DNA from: Telmatocola sphagniphila
GTDB lineage: Bacteria; Planctomycetota; Planctomycetia; Gemmatales; Gemmataceae
DNA: 32,000 bases
Assembly (NCBI RefSeq): GCF_018398935.1
Contig: NZ_CP074694.1
Span: 4,830,001-4,862,000 of the forward strand
Direction of reading: 5' to 3'
Part shown: positions 26,028 to 32,000 of the stretch, piece by piece
Numbering within the stretch: position 1 is the first letter of the stretch
How the letters are laid out: each line of letters opens with the position of its first letter
Made by a program: the position numbers and the translations under genes
The notes under the pieces: generated by a model
What the model was told of the DNA's origin: nothing
Database searches by the model: none
The model's input: only the letters and a program-made list of their open reading frames with translations

Positions 26028-27986
26028 ATGGGAGATTGTGCCATGGCCGAGCCCCGAGAAATGCACCCGGAAGGGCTTCTTCTGAAATTGAAGCATCTGC
26101 GCAGCGATCTCATTCAGCTCGAAAACGATCTCGGCGGTTCGCTCGGTCAGATATCCCCCTCTTATACGCTCAGCGCTCTCAACCTATTGCATTACATCGC
26201 CCTGCGGCGCAACGATCTGCGGGAAATTCAGGAATCATTGACCGCATTGGGTTTATCTTCGCTGGGTCGTTCGGAAGGTTCCGTACTCGCCAATCTCGAC
26301 AAGGTGCTGCTGCATCTGAGTCGAATGGTCGGCGATAAAAACGAAGAATTCAGCGGTTCGCACCTGAGCAATGCCCAGGCTCGGGCACTACTGGACGAGC
26401 ATACCCGGGAACTTCTCGGCTCGCCGCGCGGCGACCGACTGGTTCGCATTATGGTCACTATGCCAGGCGAAGCCGCTACCGATTATAACTTGATCCGCGA
26501 TCTGCTCGCGCAGGGCATGGATTGCATGCGGATCAATTGCGCCCACGACGATCAGGAAATTTGGGGCAAAATGATCGAACACCTGAAGAAAGCGCGAGAA
26601 GAACTCGGTTTGGAATGTCGAATACTTATGGATTTAGCAGGTCCGAAGCTGCGCACCGGCCCGATGGGAGAAGGCCCGCGCGTTGTGAAGTTCCGTCCGC
26701 ATCGCAACGAGCTCGGAAGAGTCACCGCCCCGGCCCGCGTCTGGCTCTGGGCCTCGGAGCATCCGAAGCCGCCGAGACTCAAAGCCGATGAGTCAGCCCC
26801 CGACGCACAGATTCCAGTTCCCCTCGACTGGTTGAAAAAAATCCGGCGGGGTGATCGCATCGAATTCCGGGATAGCCGACGAAAAAAGCGTTCTCTCAAA
26901 GTCAGTCGGGTCACCGTACAGGGAGTCTGGGCCGAATCGAATAGCACCTGTTACCTGACCACCGGAACCAAGCTCCACCTGCTCCACAAAAAGCCGGAAA
27001 GTCGCAAGGAGAGTAAGCACCTCGGCTTGGTAGGTGAACTGCCCGAGAAGCCCGTGCGGATCCACTTGAATAAAGGCGATATTCTGGTGATGCGGAAGGA
27101 CATTCTTCCTGGTACGGCGGCCAAGGTCGATCCGGATACCGGTAAAAAATTGCCCGCCCGCATCAGTTGCACACTACCGCAGATCTTCGAAGACGTTCAG
27201 GAAGGGGAATCGATCTGGTTCGATGACGGAAAAATTGGCGGTGTCATTCACAAGGTGCACGCCGAGACGATCGACATCGAAATCACCCAGACCTCTCCCG
27301 GGGGCGATGAACTGGGGGCGGACAAAGGAATTAATTTACCCGATACGCATATCCGACTGCCTGCTTTGACCGAGAAAGATATTGAGGATTTGCGCTTCGT
27401 GGCCTCGCATGCGGATCTCGTTGGCTATTCGTTTGTGAACGATGCCGAGGATGTTCGCTCGCTGCAAAAACATCTGGGCGAGTGCGGCGGTTCTCATCTG
27501 GGCATTGTCCTGAAGATCGAAACCAAGCGGGCCTTCGAGCACCTCCCCCTGCTGATCCTGACGGCCATGCGCTCCAAGCACCTGGGAGTGATGATCGCTC
27601 GCGGTGATCTGGCCGTGGAGTGCGGCTTTGAAAGACTCGCGGAAGTGCAGGAAGAAATCCTGTGGGTGTGTGAAGCCGCACACGTTCCGGTGATCTGGGC
27701 CACACAAGTTCTGGAAAATCTGGCCAAGACCGGCCGGCCCTCCCGAGCGGAAATCACCGATGCCGCCATGGGCGAGCGGGCGGAGTGCGTGATGCTCAAC
27801 AAAGGGCCGCACATTCGCGAAGCGGTGCAACTGTTGGCCAATATTCTGATGCGAATGCAAGCGCATCAATTTAAAAAGCGAGCTCAGTTGCGTCGACTCA
27901 ATGTGGCCGATCTTTTTTCACTAGCCACGAAACAGGCCCAGGATTTGCAAACAGTGCTGGAGGAACCACCACAAACTGTTAAATGA
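26028..27986 (+). CDS. Pyruvate kinase family protein, atypical long form
   Basis: 652 aa. MRINCAHDD, DLAGPKLRTG, KIETKRAF and MIARGDLAVECG match the PK barrel. It has an extra ~130-aa N-terminal region, an enlarged inserted domain and no canonical C-terminal regulatory domain. An alternative ATG lies at 26043. Confidence 0.8.
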   Translation: MGDCAMAEPREMHPEGLLLKLKHLRSDLIQLENDLGGSLGQISPSYTLSALNLLHYIALRRNDLREIQESLTALGLSSLGRSEGSVLANLDKVLLHLSRMVGDKNEEFSGSHLSNAQARALLDEHTRELLGSPRGDRLVRIMVTMPGEAATDYNLIRDLLAQGMDCMRINCAHDDQEIWGKMIEHLKKAREELGLECRILMDLAGPKLRTGPMGEGPRVVKFRPHRNELGRVTAPARVWLWASEHPKPPRLKADESAPDAQIPVPLDWLKKIRRGDRIEFRDSRRKKRSLKVSRVTVQGVWAESNSTCYLTTGTKLHLLHKKPESRKESKHLGLVGELPEKPVRIHLNKGDILVMRKDILPGTAAKVDPDTGKKLPARISCTLPQIFEDVQEGESIWFDDGKIGGVIHKVHAETIDIEITQTSPGGDELGADKGINLPDTHIRLPALTEKDIEDLRFVASHADLVGYSFVNDAEDVRSLQKHLGECGGSHLGIVLKIETKRAFEHLPLLILTAMRSKHLGVMIARGDLAVECGFERLAEVQEEILWVCEAAHVPVIWATQVLENLAKTGRPSRAEITDAAMGERAECVMLNKGPHIREAVQLLANILMRMQAHQFKKRAQLRRLNVADLFSLATKQAQDLQTVLEEPPQTVK

Positions 27987-27998
27987 AAGGGCCCAGCT

Positions 27999-28385
27999 AT
28001 GAGGTTGAATACTCAGGAAGTGAAAAACTTGCAGCTTCGCCTGCAAAAAATGGTCTCCCATAACCGTCAACTTCAGTCGGAACTCGATCGGGAACTGACA
28101 CACGAAACGGTGGATAGCTCGCGCGAAACAACGGTCGATCCTCTTTCGAGTGAGATCAACGATCTGCGTGGCCACCAGGGCGATGATGAAGTGACATTGG
28201 GATCGCTGCGCATTGAACAGGACATGGATCGGGAAATTCAATCCGCACTCGATCGAATCGAACAGGGAACATACGGAATTTGCGAGCACTGCAGTAAGCC
28301 GATCAGCAAACGCCGTTTAAACGCTCTGCCTTACGCCCGACGCTGTCTGCACTGCGAAGCGGCGGAAAATTTCGTACGAGCTTAA
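27999..28385 (+). CDS. DksA/TraR family C4-type zinc-finger protein
   Basis: 128 aa. Coiled-coil N-terminus, then CEHCSKPISKRRLNALPYARRCLHCEAA. Confidence 0.85.
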   Translation: MRLNTQEVKNLQLRLQKMVSHNRQLQSELDRELTHETVDSSRETTVDPLSSEINDLRGHQGDDEVTLGSLRIEQDMDREIQSALDRIEQGTYGICEHCSKPISKRRLNALPYARRCLHCEAAENFVRA

Positions 28386-28403
28386 ACTCGATCTGACTGC
28401 GAT

Positions 28404-28441
28404 AGGTCGGGCTCCGTTCATTGAGTCCGACCTCCATTTTT
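28404..28441 (+). terminator. Rho-independent terminator after the DksA/TraR gene
   Basis: AGGTCGGGCTC-CGTTCATT-GAGTCCGACCT (one mismatch), followed by CCATTTTT. Confidence 0.6.
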
Positions 28442-28616
28442 AGTGATAAATAGTTATCCACTCTGTCTAGCCACTTGCCGCGCTTTATCGTCGAAAAATG
28501 CATTTCCCCAAGCAATTGAGAATTATTTGAACAGGTACGAAGCTTGCAATTGCGAGTGCGAAGCCCGTGCACCTGGATACCGGGATTTTAATAACTCCAG
28601 ATCGATAGGATCCTTT

Positions 28617-29810
28617 ATGGATATTTTCAAAAACTCCGATCTTAAGGAACTGATTGCCGATCGGAATGCTCCCTGCGTTTCGATCTATGCCCCCACTCAG
28701 AAAGGCGGCAAAGGCCTCGACCTCAGTCACTGGAAGCACCTGCTCGAAAACGCCGAGCGGCAACTGACTGCCTGGAATTGCCCGGCCGAACAAAGGGATA
28801 GCCTTCTGGACCCGGCTTATTCCCTTTTGAAAGACGAGGAATTCTGGAAGTATACTTCGGAGGGATTGGCTCTATTTATCGCTCCCGAGTTCCTGCGTGC
28901 GTATCGCCTACCGTTTCCTTTCGCCGAAAAAACGCAAGTCTCCCACTCGTTCTATATCAAGCCGCTGATTCCCTGGGTGCAGGACGATGGCCGCTTTTAC
29001 ATTCTGGCTTTGAGTCAGAATCACGTTCGACTTCTGGAAGCCACGCGACATGCCGTGCACGAATTGAAGCCGGGGGCTCCGACCAGCAAGGCGGAGGCGA
29101 ATCAGAATCACGAACATGAAAATCTGCTGAACCTCCACACCCATCACGATGCGGCGGGCAAAGCCATGCACGCGGTCTTCCACAGCCAGGGCGGCGACGA
29201 CACTCGAAAGAAAGAACTGCTGCACTTCTTCCAGAAGATCGATCATTCGATTTGCGGCTATCTCGGGAATTCCCAAGCGCCTTTGATCGTCGCTACAGTC
29301 GAATACATGTTGCCGATCTATCGGGAAGCCAGCAAATATCCCCATCTGCTCAACCAGGGTATAGCGGGAAATCCCGCTCATTGGAATGCAACTGAATTAC
29401 AATCTCGTGCGCTTCCGTTAGTGGAACCGATCTTTGAAGCGCGGACAACAAAAGCTGTAGCGAAGTTTCACGAATGGGCCGGCTCCGGCTTGACGACCCC
29501 GGAACTGGACGTGATCCTCCCGGCTGCTAAGCAAGGCAACCTGCAATCGTTACTCCTGGTCCCTGATCAGGACATCTGGGGTAATTACGATGCCCAGACC
29601 CAAACCGTGGAAGTGCACCAGACACCGGAACCGGGCGATGCCGAGCTCGGCAACCTCGCGGCCATCTACACGCTGCAGCACAACCACGCCGTGCATAGCG
29701 TGGCTCCTCAAAAGTTCTTCGACGGTTCGCCGGTCGTGGGAGTTTATTTCTACGCCGGCTTGAACAATGCCCAGTCGCGAGCGAAACGCGTCGAGAAAAA
29801 TTCGGTCTAA
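28617..29810 (+). CDS. hypothetical protein (397 aa); N-terminus reminiscent of bacterial eRF1-like (baeRF) proteins, unverified
   Basis: ATG 28617 has AGGA 8 nt upstream. The longer ORF from 28443 starts inside the terminator region. The N-terminal pattern DLKELIADRNAPCVSIYAPTQKGG resembles one I recall from baeRF families. This is memory only, not a search result. Confidence 0.7.
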   Translation: MDIFKNSDLKELIADRNAPCVSIYAPTQKGGKGLDLSHWKHLLENAERQLTAWNCPAEQRDSLLDPAYSLLKDEEFWKYTSEGLALFIAPEFLRAYRLPFPFAEKTQVSHSFYIKPLIPWVQDDGRFYILALSQNHVRLLEATRHAVHELKPGAPTSKAEANQNHEHENLLNLHTHHDAAGKAMHAVFHSQGGDDTRKKELLHFFQKIDHSICGYLGNSQAPLIVATVEYMLPIYREASKYPHLLNQGIAGNPAHWNATELQSRALPLVEPIFEARTTKAVAKFHEWAGSGLTTPELDVILPAAKQGNLQSLLLVPDQDIWGNYDAQTQTVEVHQTPEPGDAELGNLAAIYTLQHNHAVHSVAPQKFFDGSPVVGVYFYAGLNNAQSRAKRVEKNSV

Positions 29811-29837
29811 AGCCTTTGGATGGAAAGTAGTTGAACC

Positions 29838-30977
29838 GTGACCTGGATAGCCGTGAAAATGCTGATGGGAGATCGTAGCAAATACTTCGCTCTGATCTTC
29901 GGCATCACCTTCGCCTGCTTTTTGATCACCGAGCAAAGCGCCATTTTTTGCGGCGTGATGCTGCGAACCACCGGTATGATTCGCGACACCCGCGGTGCGG
30001 ATATCTGGGTCATGAATCCGGAAGTCCGCTACTTCGACGACGTCAAAGCCATTTCCGATAACGATGTCTTTCGCGTTCGCAGCGTTCCTGGCGTCGCCTG
30101 GGCCGTGAATCTCTATCGCGGTTCCGGCCAGGCCCAACTCGAATCGGGCAAATATCAGCAGCTCATTCTGATGGGTGTGGATGACAGCAGCCTGACCGGC
30201 GTACCGATCGATTTAATTGTCGGCGATATCGGCGATCTGCAAAATCCCGATGCCATTCTCGTGGACGAAGCGGGCTTTAAACAGATGTGGCCCAACGAAC
30301 CCATCCACACAGGCAAAGTGATCGAGATGAATGATCGGCGGGCGGTCGTTGTCGGCGTCTTTCGAGCTTCCCAAACTTTCATGACCATGCCGGTCGTCTA
30401 CACCCGCTTCAGTCAGGCGACCCTGTTCGTTCCGCCGGCCCGCCGGATGATGCCGTTCGTGCTCGCCAAATGTGAACCCGATATTCCGCCCGAACAGGTA
30501 GCTCGGTCTATTCACGAACAAACGGGGTTAAAAGCGCTGACTAATCAAGGCTTCGGCAAATTAACGATGTTCTACTATCTGGCCCACACCGGCATTCCGG
30601 TGAATTTTGGAACCACGGTGATTCTCGCTTTTCTGGTGGGCTGCGCGATCGCCGGTCAGACGTTTTATCTGTTCACAGTCGAAAATATCAAGCAATTTGG
30701 CGCCCTCAAGGCGATGGGAATGAGCGATCGCCGGATCGTCGGCATGATTCTGATCCAAGCTTCTATCGTCGGCGGCATCGGTTTCGGGTTAGGTATCGGC
30801 CTGGCAACTCTCTACGGCATGTTCGCGGTGAAAAGCATGCCGCTGCTGGCCTTTTTCCTGCCCTGGCAGGTCCTTGGCATCACGGCCCTGGCGATGGTCT
30901 TTATTTCACTGCTCGCCAGCTTCCTCAGCATCCACAAAGTGCTGGTTCTCGAACCGAGTATAGTTTTCCAAGGTTAA
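29838..30977 (+). CDS. devC: ABC exporter permease, DevC/FtsX-like
   Basis: 379 aa. N-terminal TM, a large periplasmic loop, and a C-terminal FtsX-type bundle with GALKAMGMSDRRIVGMILIQA. Confidence 0.85.
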   Translation: MTWIAVKMLMGDRSKYFALIFGITFACFLITEQSAIFCGVMLRTTGMIRDTRGADIWVMNPEVRYFDDVKAISDNDVFRVRSVPGVAWAVNLYRGSGQAQLESGKYQQLILMGVDDSSLTGVPIDLIVGDIGDLQNPDAILVDEAGFKQMWPNEPIHTGKVIEMNDRRAVVVGVFRASQTFMTMPVVYTRFSQATLFVPPARRMMPFVLAKCEPDIPPEQVARSIHEQTGLKALTNQGFGKLTMFYYLAHTGIPVNFGTTVILAFLVGCAIAGQTFYLFTVENIKQFGALKAMGMSDRRIVGMILIQASIVGGIGFGLGIGLATLYGMFAVKSMPLLAFFLPWQVLGITALAMVFISLLASFLSIHKVLVLEPSIVFQG

Positions 30978-30979
30978 GC

Positions 30980-31732
30980 ATGCGAACCCAGGACACTAGT
31001 GCTGAAGGAGTGAAGTGCCGGGCTCTGACCAAAGAGTACAGCAGCGGCCCCTCGCGCGTCCTGGCGTTGCGGGGTATCGAAGTCGAAATCCAACCGGGAG
31101 AATTGACTCTCCTGGTCGGACCCAGCGGCTGCGGCAAAACGACGCTGATCTCGATCATGGCCGGGACGCTGAACCCGACGGCCGGGCAAGTTTCCGTGTT
31201 CGGCACGGAGCTCACCCAGCTTTCCAAAAAAGAGGTCACTGACTTTCGCGCCAAAAATATCGGCTTCGTCTTTCAACAGTTCAATCTGCTTCCTTCTTTA
31301 ACGGCCGCGGAAAATGTCTCGGTGCCGCTAGTCATCAATGGCTGGTCCAAAGCGGCCGCGATCGAAAAATCGGCTGCCGTGTTAAAAGCGGTTGGCCTCG
31401 GAGATCGATTGCACAGTCTCCCCTCGCAAATGTCCGGTGGCCAACAACAGCGCGTGGCTATCGCCCGGGGTTTGGTCCACGAACCTCGACTGTTGGTTTG
31501 CGATGAACCGACCTCGGCCGTCGACGCGGCTTCCGGGCACGCCATTATGCAGCTGATTCGCTCGGTGGCGATGCAACCCAATCGCGTCGCCCTGGTGGTC
31601 ACGCACGATCCGCGTGTGTTCGATTTTGCCGATCGCATCATCACTCTGGAAGATGGTCGCGTGCAAGGTGAAAAGCGCCAGTCGGTCGATCCGCAATTGC
31701 TTCAGACGAAACATGAGGTGGTTCATGCTTAA
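30980..31732 (+). CDS. devA: ABC transporter ATP-binding protein (DevA/MacB-type)
   Basis: Walker A GPSGCGKTT, signature MSGGQQQRVAIARGL, Walker B LLVCDEPTSAVD. Confidence 0.93.
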   Translation: MRTQDTSAEGVKCRALTKEYSSGPSRVLALRGIEVEIQPGELTLLVGPSGCGKTTLISIMAGTLNPTAGQVSVFGTELTQLSKKEVTDFRAKNIGFVFQQFNLLPSLTAAENVSVPLVINGWSKAAAIEKSAAVLKAVGLGDRLHSLPSQMSGGQQQRVAIARGLVHEPRLLVCDEPTSAVDAASGHAIMQLIRSVAMQPNRVALVVTHDPRVFDFADRIITLEDGRVQGEKRQSVDPQLLQTKHEVVHA

Positions 31733-32000
31733 CAAATTGACCAAATATGTGTTTCCGATGCTGGCCGTAGCCTTTGGAATATTCGCCCTCCTGCACGCCC
31801 TGGCCATGCAGAAACCGGAACCTGAAGGGCATCCGCCCGTCAGCCCATCGCTATCCCCCTTTGGCAATACCGTCGCGGGTGTTGGGATGATCGAATCGAA
31901 TTCGGAAGCCAGCGGTACCAGTGTGATTTCCATCGGTTCGCAATTGGCGGGGGCGGTCGACAAAATCTATGTTCGGATGCAACAGGAAGTCAAAGAGGGT
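31725..32000 (+). CDS. HlyD-family periplasmic adaptor (membrane fusion protein), 5' part only
   Basis: ATG 31725 overlaps the ATPase stop by 8 nt and the frame is open to the window end. N-terminal TM (YVFPMLAVAFGIFALLHALA), then VAGVGMIESNSEASGTSVISIGSQLAGAVDKIYVRMQQEVKEG, typical of MFP lipoyl-like starts. Not in the ORF track because it has no stop in the window. Confidence 0.7.
   Translation, partial: MLNKLTKYVFPMLAVAFGIFALLHALAMQKPEPEGHPPVSPSLSPFGNTVAGVGMIESNSEASGTSVISIGSQLAGAVDKIYVRMQQEVKEG

Overview
The window splits at about 9.85 kb.

LEFT PART (1-9.85 kb): a visibly AT-richer accessory region. Spot counts of single 60-nt lines give about 43% GC here versus about 63% in the right part. 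Its dominant feature is an unrecognised family of structured repeats.
- An ~80-nt hairpin-plus-box module occurs 12 times in both orientations. It is usually paired as ~85-nt inverted arms around a conserved ~77-nt central segment.
- These composites (787-1029, 2801-3062, 7113-7461, 8617-9068, plus solo or truncated copies) fill essentially every gap between small ORFs that I cannot assign to any family. The layout is cassette-array-like, but there is no canonical attC signature and no recombinase in view.
- The region also holds an intact single-ORF IS66-family element (4118-5866). It has an 8-bp target duplication and splits one of two tandem paralogous membrane-protein genes.
- Also present are a lone ADP-ribosylglycohydrolase gene, a 272-aa ORF apparently frameshifted inside a tandem peptide repeat, and about 830 bp with no convincing ORF.

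RIGHT PART (9.9-32 kb): ordinary GC-richer core genes.
- Ser/Thr kinase, hemL, aldose 1-epimerase, type I-beta DAHP synthase, a histidine phosphatase and an amidohydrolase.
- An ArsR regulator coupled to an SRPBCC-VOC fusion.
- ackA and phosphoketolase, an atypical long pyruvate-kinase-like protein, and a DksA/TraR zinc finger next to an unassigned 397-aa protein.
- A devC/ABC-ATPase/HlyD exporter that runs off the window end.

Gene content is compatible with a Planctomycetota-like genome, but this window cannot establish that. No rRNA, tRNA or CRISPR array was seen.
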